From assembly GCA_037142615.1 (NCBI GenBank), contig JBAXAI010000025.1, forward strand, positions 1 through 55,186: a DNA stretch of 55,186 nucleotides, in the 5' to 3' direction. The position numbers and the translations under genes were made by a program. Positions 27,060 to 36,070 of the stretch are shown in pieces; position 1 is the first letter of the stretch, and every line of letters begins with the position of its first letter. A model generated the notes under the pieces. It saw only the letters and a program-made list of their open reading frames with translations. It made no database searches and was not told the DNA's origin. Origin of the DNA: Spirochaetales bacterium (GTDB lineage Bacteria > Spirochaetota > Spirochaetia > JABEVK01).

Positions 27060-28367
27060 TCAGGTTTTCCCAAAAAAGCGCGGCAGCCACACCCTGTGCG
27101 CCTTCAGCAGCGCGTCAAAGCAAGCGGTGGCCCGGTCCCAGTCGCCCACCAGCGGGTTCACCAACAAGGCCTGCATCGCGGCGTCACGGTCGCCACGCAC
27201 GGCGGCTTCGACCGCCAGGCGCTCAAAGGCCTTCACGGCCTGGACGAGGCCCATCACATGGTGGTTGGGGCGGTGCAGGGGCGGGCGGCCCTTGAAGCGT
27301 TCGCGGCTCACGAGCGCTGGTGCTTCGATCACGTCGTCGGGTTCCAAAAAGTCGAGAATGCGGCCGCTGGGGTGGCTGGTCGCGTCGTTGCGCAGGTCGA
27401 CCACGTTTTCGGCGCCGGTGTTGTTCCACACGGCATCGATCAGCGACACGGCGACCTCCGAGTAGAGGTGCCCACCCCGCTGTTCCAACTCGGGCGGAGC
27501 CGCAACCGTGGTTGGGCGCGCGTAGATTTCCAGGAGTTGAGCCTCGACCGATTGGCACTCCTCGCCCCGGGAAAGCTTGGCTTGCTTCAGCATAGCCAGC
27601 TGTTTGTCGCGGTAGTAAAAGTAGTTCAGGTACGACGAAGGAAGGCCGCCCGCCGTGTGCAATACCAGTGGATCGACCTCGATTCCGGGGATGTTTTTCA
27701 TGGTTGCGCCCTGGTAGCCCGAGTCGATCAGGCCGGGGAGCAGGTCGGTGCCTTGGTGGCGGGCTGCCGTCACCCACGACAGGTGGTTTAGGCCCACGTA
27801 GTCGAGTTCCAGTTCGGTGACGGGCTTGCCCAGAATACGGGCCAGATCGTGGTGCATGTTGATGGGCACGTTGCACAGGCCCACCGCCCGGACGGGGCTA
27901 TGGGTGGCCAAATACTGCGTCACGATGCCCGACGGGTTGGTGAAGTTGACCAGCAGGGCGCGGGGGCAAAGCACCTCCATCCTTTGACTGATGGTTTCGA
28001 TCACCGGGATGGTGCGCAGCGCCTTGAAAAGGCCGCCGATTCCCGTGGTCTCTTGCCCGATGAGGTCAAAGCCCAAGGGGATTTTTTCGTCGAGGATCCG
28101 GGCGTCGAGCTTTCCCACGCGGAATTGCGTGAGCACGAAGTCGGCACCGCGCAGGGCCTCGTCCAGGTTTTCTGTCAGCGAAAGGCGGGCCCGATGGCCC
28201 GCCTGGGTCAGCATACGCCCCGCGAGGCCTCCGACTACCCCGAGCTTAACGGGATCGAGGTCCATCAAGACCAGTTCGTTCAGCGGAAGCTGCGTCTGGC
28301 GGGTCAAGAAACCACCCACCAGCTCGGGTGTGTACGAGCTTCCAGCACCTATCACTGCTACTTTCAT
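27060..28367 (-). CDS. GH4 6-phospho-beta-glucosidase
   Basis: IGAGSSYTPEL, QFRVG, GQETTGIGG, NFTNPSG, GLCNVP, GLNHLSW, RGGHLYSE. Confidence 0.93.
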   Translation of the reverse strand: MKVAVIGAGSSYTPELVGGFLTRQTQLPLNELVLMDLDPVKLGVVGGLAGRMLTQAGHRARLSLTENLDEALRGADFVLTQFRVGKLDARILDEKIPLGFDLIGQETTGIGGLFKALRTIPVIETISQRMEVLCPRALLVNFTNPSGIVTQYLATHSPVRAVGLCNVPINMHHDLARILGKPVTELELDYVGLNHLSWVTAARHQGTDLLPGLIDSGYQGATMKNIPGIEVDPLVLHTAGGLPSSYLNYFYYRDKQLAMLKQAKLSRGEECQSVEAQLLEIYARPTTVAAPPELEQRGGHLYSEVAVSLIDAVWNNTGAENVVDLRNDATSHPSGRILDFLEPDDVIEAPALVSRERFKGRPPLHRPNHHVMGLVQAVKAFERLAVEAAVRGDRDAAMQALLVNPLVGDWDRATACFDALLKAHRVWLPRFFGKT

Positions 28368-28401
28368 AGAGGGTATTCTACAACGGTTCCGGTTGGGTCG
28401 C

Positions 28402-28430
28402 AATATCTGAAAAGATATTTTAAAATAAGT
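28402..28430. promoter_or_regulatory. AT-rich palindromic operator between divergent GH4 and ROK genes
   Basis: AATATCT-GAAA-AGATATT (28402-19) and TATTTTAAAATA (28416-27). Confidence 0.55.
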
Positions 28431-28468
28431 TAAATTGTGCTAGGATCGAGTCACGGCGAGGGGGTTTC

Positions 28469-29590
28469 ATGCAACAGATCACGGTAAGTGACGTGAGGTC
28501 AAGGAATGCCCGCGAGGTGTTCGACACCCTCGCCGCAGCCGGCCCGTGCACGCGGCTCGACGTGGCCAGGGCCACTTCGTTGTCGGTGGTGACCGTTTCA
28601 TCGCTCATCGATGCTCTCGTTGAGCAGGGTTTGGTCCGCGAGCGCAAGGACGACCGCGCCGTGGTCGGTCGGCGACCCAAGTTGGTCGAGCTGGTTCCCG
28701 AGTCCCGCTTCATTTTGGCCATCGATCTGGCGACGCGCGAGTTTTCTGCTGTCGAGTTCGGTTTTGACCTCAGCGTGCGCCAAAGGCACGCCCACGTTCT
28801 CGATGGGCACTTGGACTACGAAGGGAACTTGCGTGCGTTTGTGCGCCACTTGGCCGCCGAGTGCCGCGAGTCACTCGCCAATGGAAGGTTGATCGGGGTC
28901 GGAGTGTCCACCTGCGCCATCTACCAGGCCTCGGAAGACCGCTCGGTGTGCAGTTTCATCCCTGAGCTCGAGAGCCTGCGGTTGGGGGCGCTGTTTGCTG
29001 AATTGCTTCCCGGCGTGACCACCGTGATCGACAAAGACGTGCTGTTTGCTGCCGAGGCTGTGCTCCGGGGTCTGGAGCCGTCGGAACGGGGTTCGGTCTT
29101 CTATGCCTTCGTCGGCGAAGGGGTGGGAGGCGCGCTCGCCCTCGGGGGCGCCATCGTGAGGGGGGCCAGCAACTTTGCCGGCGAGTTTGGCTTGGTGCGC
29201 GACCGAGATGGGCGGACCGTTGGCGAACTGGTCGGTTGGCACCTGGTGCGCGAGGAAGCCCAGCGACGGGGCCTTGACCCCGTGGCCGCCTGGCAGGCCC
29301 GAGAGGCGTGGCTCGAGACCCTTATGGACGGGATTCTTTCAGAACTTGCCGTCGCCCTCGCCAACCTTGCGTGGACACTCAACCCGGCCCTCATCATCCT
29401 CGAAGGGCCCTACTGTGCTTTTGGCGAACGGTTTCGCCGGCAGCTCGACGAGCGGATCAAGTCGCGGTTGGTCACCGAGCTGGCGGCCACGCTGGAACTC
29501 CGCCTGGCCGCCCCCGAGGTCGGCGACGCGCTGTCGGGTGCGGCCGGGGCCGTGCGCACCCAATGGCTGGGGGGCCTAGTCAGCAGCTGA
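28469..29590 (+). CDS. ROK family transcriptional regulator
   Basis: N-terminal HTH (TRLDVARATSLSVVTVS..GRRP), GEGVGGAL, GASNFAGEFG, LNPALIILEG. Confidence 0.9.
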   Translation: MQQITVSDVRSRNAREVFDTLAAAGPCTRLDVARATSLSVVTVSSLIDALVEQGLVRERKDDRAVVGRRPKLVELVPESRFILAIDLATREFSAVEFGFDLSVRQRHAHVLDGHLDYEGNLRAFVRHLAAECRESLANGRLIGVGVSTCAIYQASEDRSVCSFIPELESLRLGALFAELLPGVTTVIDKDVLFAAEAVLRGLEPSERGSVFYAFVGEGVGGALALGGAIVRGASNFAGEFGLVRDRDGRTVGELVGWHLVREEAQRRGLDPVAAWQAREAWLETLMDGILSELAVALANLAWTLNPALIILEGPYCAFGERFRRQLDERIKSRLVTELAATLELRLAAPEVGDALSGAAGAVRTQWLGGLVSS

Positions 29591-29602
29591 TTCGGTTGGG
29601 GC

Positions 29603-29794
29603 CTAGGTTTTGATCTTCGGGTTGAGCTGGAACTCCGGGCAGTGCTTGCCGGTCGACAAGAACACCTCTTGGCTGGGCATCAGCGCCGTCTGCACCGCAA
29701 ACACCCGGCAGGCCCGAGGAAAGCGGGGATTGCCTGTGATCGCAAAGTGGACACACTTGAGGCACGGCGGCGCGCGGTCGGGAAAAACCGTCAT
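29603..29794 (-). CDS. Small 4-Cys conserved protein (family often loosely annotated uracil-DNA glycosylase)
   Basis: 63 aa; CLKCVHF..PRACRVF..PSQEV..GKHCPEF pattern; -10 box upstream. Confidence 0.7.
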   Translation of the reverse strand: MTVFPDRAPPCLKCVHFAITGNPRFPRACRVFAVQTALMPSQEVFLSTGKHCPEFQLNPKIKT

Positions 29795-29863
29795 GGTAAT
29801 ACTTTAGCACAACGACTAGACTTGCCAAGGGAGCCTGACCCTATGTGGCGCGGATTTTCCTGG

Positions 29864-32800
29864 ATGAACGACCTCACCCCTCAATACCGTTTCCTTGCTC
29901 TGACCATCCTCGTGGTTCTCCTGGGACTCACCGCAGGTTTCTCGGTCCTTCTGTATCGGCAGGCCGAGACGGCGGCCCAATCAGACGCCCAACTGGTCAG
30001 CGAGGAAGTGGCACACAGCATCGAGGACCAGCTCCGCGCCAGTACCGAAGTCCTTCGCGCCGCCGCCGGCCTCGTTGATGCTTCCGAATCGGTAAGTCGC
30101 GCCGACTGGAAGACCTTCGTCGACCGCTTGGAACTGGCCCAGGCGCTTCCCGGGATTCAAGGTGTCGGCTTTGCGGCCTTCGTACCTTCCGCTCAGCGTC
30201 TTGCCTTCCGTGACAAGATCCGTGCCGAGGGCTTCCCCACCTTCGAGATCTGGCCCCCGAGCGAGAACCGCGACCTTTCTGCCATTCAGTACTTGGAACC
30301 CTTCAATGCGCGCAACCAGCGTGCCTTCGGCTACGACATGTTTTCGGAACCCACCCGGACCGCAGCCATGAACCAGGCGCGCGATACCAATCTGCCCGTG
30401 CTGTCGGGCAAAGTGAAGCTTGTGCAGGAAACAAGTGTCGACGTGCAAGCGGGAACCCTCTTGTACTTGCCCGTGTACCGACGCGGGAGCCCGGTTGATA
30501 CCATCGAGCAACGGCGCGCGGCCCTTGTCGGTTGGGTTTACAGCCCCTACCGGATGACCGACCTGATGAACGGTACGTTGAGTTCGTGGCGTGGCGGGGA
30601 GTACGAAAGCCTCTATTCGCTGCGCATCTACGACGGAAAGTCGGTTTCGCAGGCCGATTTGCTGTACGACAGCCACGTGGTACCGGGCGACCTTTCGTCG
30701 TCCTACGTCCGCACCACCCCGATCGAAGTGGTGGGTCGGGTCTGGACCCTGCAACTCTCCCGCCTGCAGCTGATATCTGGCGACACGGGCGGCAATCTGG
30801 TCGCCACCGCCGGTATAGGTGGACTCCTGTTGTCGTTGCTGGCCTTCGCGCTCTCTTTGTCCATGCTGGGAACCCACACCCGGGCGCGCAAACAGGCCGA
30901 ACGGTTGACCGCCGAGCTCAGCGCCAGCGAGACCTTCTACCGGGGACTGTTCGACATGCTCAACGGCTTCAACTACAGTCGTATGATCTATGGAGCCGAC
31001 GGCAAACCGATCGACTGGGAGTACCTTATCGTCAACAAGGGCTTCGGGACCCTCACCGGGCGTTCCGATGTGGTCGGCAAGAAGGCGAGCGAGGTGTTCA
31101 ACAACATTTCGAGCACGGACCCCGAGTTGTTGGACTTCTACGGTACCGTGGCAAGGACCGGAGTCCCCCAAAGGCGGGACCTCTTCATCCAGGCGACGGG
31201 GCGATGGTGTACCATGGCAGCCTACAGCCCGAAACCCGACCATTTTGTGGTGGTCATTGACTCCATCGACGAGTACAAGGCCGCACAGTTGCAGATCGAG
31301 ACCTTGGCCGGTCGTCTGAACGAGGTGCTGAACAACTCCTCTTCGGCCTCGTACAAGCGCGATTTGGAAACCAATCACTACGAGTATCTCAGTCCGGTGT
31401 TCACCCGCCTGACGGGCTACGACGTCGAAGAGTTCCTGAGGCAGCCTCTCGACGTTGTGGTCGGGTTGGTCCACCCCGACGACCGTGACCCGGTGTCGGC
31501 TGCCGTGTCCGACGCGGTGAACAGCCCCGACGGCACCCCCTGCCAAATCGACTACCGCCTTCGTTCCGTCGAAGACAACTACATCTGGCTGCGCGACCAG
31601 TTTACGGTCGTCCACGATGCCGCGGGTCACCGGGCCTTGATTGGCAGCATCCAGGACGTCACCCTGATGAAGTATGCCGACACCCAGAGGGTTACGCTCG
31701 AAACCCGCAACCGTCAGCTTGAAAAGGCCGAAAGTCTGGGCCGCATGGCTTCGTCGGTGGCCCACCTGTTCAATAATCACCTTCAGGCCGTTGTTTCGCA
31801 CCTGGAATTGGCCGACACCCGTGGGGGCCGCGAGCGGCACGAACACCTGCATCTTTCCCGGGTTTCCCTCGAAAAGGCGATCGAGGTGAGTCAACTGCTG
31901 CTCACTTACCTGGGTCAGACCCCTGGCGACCGCGAGGTTTGCTCCTGGAGCCAACTTTGCCGCGAGGCCTTTCAGGAGTGGTCGACAAGAAACCGCTTGC
32001 CTGCGCAAGCGTGGCAGCTCGCTTTGTCGGAGCCGGGGCCCCTTGTTCTTGCCAACCCCCGCCTGATCCGGTTCGCGCTGGGCCATGTACTGAGCAACGC
32101 CCGCGAGGCCCAGGGGACGGCGGTGGGCACACTGAGTCTGGCGACGTCGTTGGTGCCTGCCGAAACGGTAGGGGCAAGCCACCGTTTTCCCGTCGGCTGG
32201 AAGCCCAAACAGCCTTCGTACGCGGTGGTCACCATAACCGATGGTGGCTCTGGGATCGCCGAGGCCGATCTGGACAAGGCGCTTGACCCCTTCTACTCGA
32301 CCAAGGGCGTCGGTCGCGGTTTGGGCCTTCCGGCGGTGCAGGGCATTGTTCAGGCCCATGAGGGGGTGGTGACCCTCAGCAGCCGGCCGGGAAGCGGGAC
32401 CAAGGTCAGCCTTTACCTGCCGGTTGTTCAGGGGACCCTCGCACCGCCGGTCGAGTTGGCGGCCGAGGGCAAAGCTTCTGCGGTGGACTCGGTCGGCCAA
32501 GAGGACTTAGCGGTGCGCAACACCGTTCTCTTTGTCGATGATGACGAAGCGCTGCGCGAGGTGACCGGCGAGATGATTTCGCTTCTTGGCTATCACGTGG
32601 TGACTGCCGCCAGCGGTCCCGAGGCGGTCGAGCTGCTCAAGGCGCACGGAGAGTCGGTTGTCTGCGTGGTGACTGACCTCAGTATGCCCGACGTCGATGG
32701 CTGGCAGACGATGGCCCTGCTCAAGGCGCTGCGACCGCAGTTGCCCGTGGTTCTGGCCAGCGGATTCGACCGCAGCCGAGCCCTCTCGGGCCACCACACC

Positions 32801-32881
32801 GAGGTCCCCGACGGCTTTCTCAGTAAGCCCTTTAATCTGGCTCTGCTTCGCGAAGCGCTCGCCAAGGCGACGTCCCGGTGA
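29864..32881 (+). CDS. CHASE-PAS hybrid sensor histidine kinase/response regulator
   Basis: CHASE motifs (PGIQGVGF, YLEP..RNQRAFGYDM, LSGKVKLVQE), PAS (VHPDDR), H-box VAHLFNN, PFYSTKGVGRGLGL, REC (VDDD, TDLSMP, KPF); alternative start 29843. Confidence 0.92.
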   Translation: MNDLTPQYRFLALTILVVLLGLTAGFSVLLYRQAETAAQSDAQLVSEEVAHSIEDQLRASTEVLRAAAGLVDASESVSRADWKTFVDRLELAQALPGIQGVGFAAFVPSAQRLAFRDKIRAEGFPTFEIWPPSENRDLSAIQYLEPFNARNQRAFGYDMFSEPTRTAAMNQARDTNLPVLSGKVKLVQETSVDVQAGTLLYLPVYRRGSPVDTIEQRRAALVGWVYSPYRMTDLMNGTLSSWRGGEYESLYSLRIYDGKSVSQADLLYDSHVVPGDLSSSYVRTTPIEVVGRVWTLQLSRLQLISGDTGGNLVATAGIGGLLLSLLAFALSLSMLGTHTRARKQAERLTAELSASETFYRGLFDMLNGFNYSRMIYGADGKPIDWEYLIVNKGFGTLTGRSDVVGKKASEVFNNISSTDPELLDFYGTVARTGVPQRRDLFIQATGRWCTMAAYSPKPDHFVVVIDSIDEYKAAQLQIETLAGRLNEVLNNSSSASYKRDLETNHYEYLSPVFTRLTGYDVEEFLRQPLDVVVGLVHPDDRDPVSAAVSDAVNSPDGTPCQIDYRLRSVEDNYIWLRDQFTVVHDAAGHRALIGSIQDVTLMKYADTQRVTLETRNRQLEKAESLGRMASSVAHLFNNHLQAVVSHLELADTRGGRERHEHLHLSRVSLEKAIEVSQLLLTYLGQTPGDREVCSWSQLCREAFQEWSTRNRLPAQAWQLALSEPGPLVLANPRLIRFALGHVLSNAREAQGTAVGTLSLATSLVPAETVGASHRFPVGWKPKQPSYAVVTITDGGSGIAEADLDKALDPFYSTKGVGRGLGLPAVQGIVQAHEGVVTLSSRPGSGTKVSLYLPVVQGTLAPPVELAAEGKASAVDSVGQEDLAVRNTVLFVDDDEALREVTGEMISLLGYHVVTAASGPEAVELLKAHGESVVCVVTDLSMPDVDGWQTMALLKALRPQLPVVLASGFDRSRALSGHHTEVPDGFLSKPFNLALLREALAKATSR

Positions 32882-33387
32882 TTCGAGAGCTGGACTCTCC
32901 GCTGGGTTCGCTGTGGGCCGAGGCCTCCGCGCGAGGTCTGAGGCGGCTCGAGTTCGCTGACAGCGCTGACGCTTCGACGATGGCCCGATCGACAGGGACC
33001 CTTGCCGACGAAGAGGCCGCCGGCCTCGTGCTCGACAACTTGGAAAACGAGCTTGCGGCGTACTTTCTGCGGCAGTTGCGGCGCTTTCAGGTCAAGCTCG
33101 ACCTGCAGGGGACCGAGTTTCAGCTTCGGGTCTGGGGCGTCCTGCTGACCATCCCCTGGGGCGAAACGCGAACCTACACGCAGCAGACCGCCCTTTTGGG
33201 CAATCCTCTCGCACTACGGGCGGTCGCCTCGGCCAATGGCCGGAATCCGGTGGCGATCGTGGTTCCCTGCCACCGCGTGCTCGGGGCCGACGGGAGCCTC
33301 ACCGGTTACGCTGGCGGGCTCGACCGCAAGCGCGCCCTCCTCGCCTTGGAAGGCTACCGCCCCGGCGGCCAGGCCGAACTATTCTGA
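32878..33387 (+). CDS. ogt: Methylated-DNA--protein-cysteine methyltransferase
   Basis: GTEFQLRVW, IPWGETRTY, RAVASANGRNP, VPCHRV active site. Confidence 0.95.
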   Translation: MIRELDSPLGSLWAEASARGLRRLEFADSADASTMARSTGTLADEEAAGLVLDNLENELAAYFLRQLRRFQVKLDLQGTEFQLRVWGVLLTIPWGETRTYTQQTALLGNPLALRAVASANGRNPVAIVVPCHRVLGADGSLTGYAGGLDRKRALLALEGYRPGGQAELF

Positions 33388-34038
33388 AGGGTTGGTGGCC
33401 GCAGGCTTCTTTTTGCGCAAAAGGACGGCAATGATCGTCGGAAGGGCCGGCACGACAATGATTCCCATGACGATGAGGCTGAAGTTTTCCTTGACGAAGG
33501 GAAGGTGGCCGAACAAGTACCCCACCGCCAGGAACAACGCCGTCCAAGCCACGCCGCCAAGCACATTGAAGAGGATGAAAGCCCGGAAGCCCATTTGGCC
33601 CACGCCGGCGATGAACGGCAGAAACGTCCTCAGGAACGGGAAAAAACGGCTCAATGTCACCGCCCAGCCGCCCCACTTCTCAAAGAAGCGGTGGGTCTCT
33701 TCGAGGTGGTGGGGCGCTATCAGCGGCTTCTTGCCGGGTTTGGGCACCATCAGCTTTTTGCCGAAGAACCTTCCGATGGCGTAGTTGCTCGTGTTGCCGA
33801 GAACCGCCGCCAGCGCCGTGAAGCCCCAAAAGAACCAAGGGTTGAGGCCAAGCGCCGCAGCCAGAGCTCCGCAGGCGAACAACAGCGAGTCGCCGGGCAA
33901 GAACGGCATTACGACCACCCCGGTTTCGACAAAAAGAATCAGGAAGACGACCGCGTAGGCCACCCAGCCGTAGTCGACAAAGAAGGTGTTCAGGTAGCGG
34001 TCAAGGTGCAGAAAGATCTCAACGGGGTTGAAGCTCAT
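33379..34038 (-). CDS. DedA (VTT domain) family membrane protein
   Basis: FVETGVVVMPFLPGDSLLF, RFFPFLRTFLPFIAG. Confidence 0.93.
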   Translation of the reverse strand: MSFNPVEIFLHLDRYLNTFFVDYGWVAYAVVFLILFVETGVVVMPFLPGDSLLFACGALAAALGLNPWFFWGFTALAAVLGNTSNYAIGRFFGKKLMVPKPGKKPLIAPHHLEETHRFFEKWGGWAVTLSRFFPFLRTFLPFIAGVGQMGFRAFILFNVLGGVAWTALFLAVGYLFGHLPFVKENFSLIVMGIIVVPALPTIIAVLLRKKKPAATNPSE

Positions 34039-34675
34039 GAACGTCAGGGTGACGGGGAACCGGGGACGAGTCAAGGGAGTCGACCACGGACCGCAGATAC
34101 CCCGCCCAAACTTGGTCGTCGTCAAGGTCGAGACCAAAAAGCGCCCCCGGCAAGCGGGACATCAAAAGCGGGTGCAACACGCTGGTCATTGTCCGCAACG
34201 TCAGAAAAATCAGCTGAGTCTCGTCGGTGAGGCCCGAAATGTCGGCGATCAGACCCAGCATTCGGCCCTTCGCTCCCCCGATCACCTGAAGTAGCACCTT
34301 CTGGTACGCGTTGGGCTCTTGGTGGGGCAGGTGCCGGGCCGAAGCACCAATCGCATCGAGCAAGCTCGTGAAGACTCCCGGATGCGCGCGAAAATGGCGT
34401 GTGTAGTCGGTCAGAAACCGGAGGAGCCTTTCTTTCGGTGGTACGGACAGGGCGAGCGATTCGTGAAGCGACCCGATGACGGGCTCAAAGAAGCGAGGCA
34501 GGGCCTCGGCGACGATGGCCTCTTTGGTGCGGAAGTAGTAGTGCACCGTCGCGACATTCACCCCCGCGCGCGCGGCAATATCGCGGACCGTCACCTGATC
34601 GATGCTCGAAGTACTCAACACCTCAAGGGCAGCCTGAACGATGCGCTCCTCGGTACCCGGTCGGCTAGTCGCCAT
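34019..34675 (-). CDS. TetR/AcrR family transcriptional regulator
   Basis: RIVQAA..TVRDIAARAGVNVATVHYYFRTKE. Confidence 0.92.
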   Translation of the reverse strand: MATSRPGTEERIVQAALEVLSTSSIDQVTVRDIAARAGVNVATVHYYFRTKEAIVAEALPRFFEPVIGSLHESLALSVPPKERLLRFLTDYTRHFRAHPGVFTSLLDAIGASARHLPHQEPNAYQKVLLQVIGGAKGRMLGLIADISGLTDETQLIFLTLRTMTSVLHPLLMSRLPGALFGLDLDDDQVWAGYLRSVVDSLDSSPVPRHPDVHELQPR

Positions 34676-35366
34676 AACTCCAGCTGACCCGGGTACTGGC
34701 GTACGCGAAGGGGGACGTCGCTGGCCCCAGTGCGACCCAGGTTCCCCCGACCGTCGCTCCCCAAGTCCAGCTGCTGCTGAGGCTGACCGTGGCCTGAAAC
34801 TGGCCCGAGAGGGTTGAGAAAGCCGGGACGCCCAGGCCCACGTAGCCGGCCATCGACTGGCCGAGGGCCGTCAAGGACAGCATCACGGGCTGCGAAAGCG
34901 GCAAATACAGCGAAGGACCCAGGCGCACCTCGCCGTACCAGCCCGCCAAGTCGGTTTTGGCCACCACGGCGAGGTCTGCAGTGACCAGGTCACCCTGCAG
35001 GGGCAGCGAGGTGTTGGCATACAGGCCGACCTCGGGCCGACCGAGCGGGCCTCGCTGCGACCAGGCAGCCAGCAGGCCCACGTTGCCGGCTTCGGTGTAC
35101 AGGTTGGCCGTTGCGAGGGCCTCGAGCACCGTGTGGTCGACGTTGAGCACGTCGAGTTGGGCGGTGACATCCAGGTTAGCGTACACCTCCTCCGTCAGCG
35201 AGGCACCAGCGCTCGCCCCTGCGCTGGTCCACAGCCCGGCGTCGTTGGCCCAGCGCACCCCTGAGTTGCTCGCTGCGCCTGCACTGAGCCCGAGGTCAAC
35301 CGCGGAGACTTCCGCGGCGAGCACCCCCAGCGCCAGCAGGATCAGCAGCCCTGTGCGGACCCTCAT
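34665..35366 (-). CDS. Secreted hypothetical protein, possible outer-membrane beta-barrel
   Basis: Signal peptide, alternating hydrophobic beta-strand pattern, aromatic C-terminal strand (RVSWSY); overlaps both neighbours. Confidence 0.55.
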   Translation of the reverse strand: MRVRTGLLILLALGVLAAEVSAVDLGLSAGAASNSGVRWANDAGLWTSAGASAGASLTEEVYANLDVTAQLDVLNVDHTVLEALATANLYTEAGNVGLLAAWSQRGPLGRPEVGLYANTSLPLQGDLVTADLAVVAKTDLAGWYGEVRLGPSLYLPLSQPVMLSLTALGQSMAGYVGLGVPAFSTLSGQFQATVSLSSSWTWGATVGGTWVALGPATSPFAYASTRVSWSYGD

Positions 35367-36070
35367 GGCTTGCCGCCTTTCTTCTTCTTAAGGTAGTCGC
35401 TCATTTTGACAAAGCCGTCGGGGATAGCAAACTCTTTGTCGTCCAGCTTCTTGGGTGTGAGGTTCGACACGAGCATCGAAACGGTCACCGTACCCTTCGC
35501 GTCCTTGGCCTCGGCCTTGAGCGGGAAGTACCCTTGCGCGATGAGGTCTTTGCCCATGCGGCCCAGGATGACGCCTTCATTCAACACGCTCTTCTGGATG
35601 CTGATCAGGAAGTTGACCGACGAGGCGAAGTCCTTCGTTGCCCACAGGCTGACGCTGTACTTGCTTGCGGCGTCGTCGAGGACAAACTCTTCGACGGGAT
35701 GTCCCGACACCGTGTCGGTTTTGCCCGACTTCTTGAACTTGACGATGGCTTTGTCGATCGTGGCTTCGAGCGAGGCCATGGGCATGTCGAGGAAGTACTT
35801 CTCGGTCGGGGCCAGCAGGGTGACCTTCTTGGTTTCGAAGTTGAGCATGGGGTAGCCCTCAACGCCGCCTTCCATTTTGAGGTTTGCCTTGGGCAAGATC
35901 TTGAAGTGCAGGCCCTTCATGTACCCCGTGGCATCGGTCTTTTGGGCTTGGGTCGAAATCGCCATCTCGAGCGTGCCTTCGAAGGTCTGCGCCAGGGCGG
36001 TCGTGGCCACCGTGAGGCAGAGAGTCAGGCTCAAGGCCAGCGCAAGGGCGGGTTTTGCCAAACGGTTCAT
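35363..36070 (-). CDS. DUF4412-like secreted protein
   Basis: Signal peptide then QTFEGTL, KSGKTDTVSGHPVEEF, LWATKD, GYFPLK, EFAIPDGF; AAGGAG RBS, ATGA overlap. Confidence 0.7.
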   Translation of the reverse strand: MNRLAKPALALALSLTLCLTVATTALAQTFEGTLEMAISTQAQKTDATGYMKGLHFKILPKANLKMEGGVEGYPMLNFETKKVTLLAPTEKYFLDMPMASLEATIDKAIVKFKKSGKTDTVSGHPVEEFVLDDAASKYSVSLWATKDFASSVNFLISIQKSVLNEGVILGRMGKDLIAQGYFPLKAEAKDAKGTVTVSMLVSNLTPKKLDDKEFAIPDGFVKMSDYLKKKKGGKP

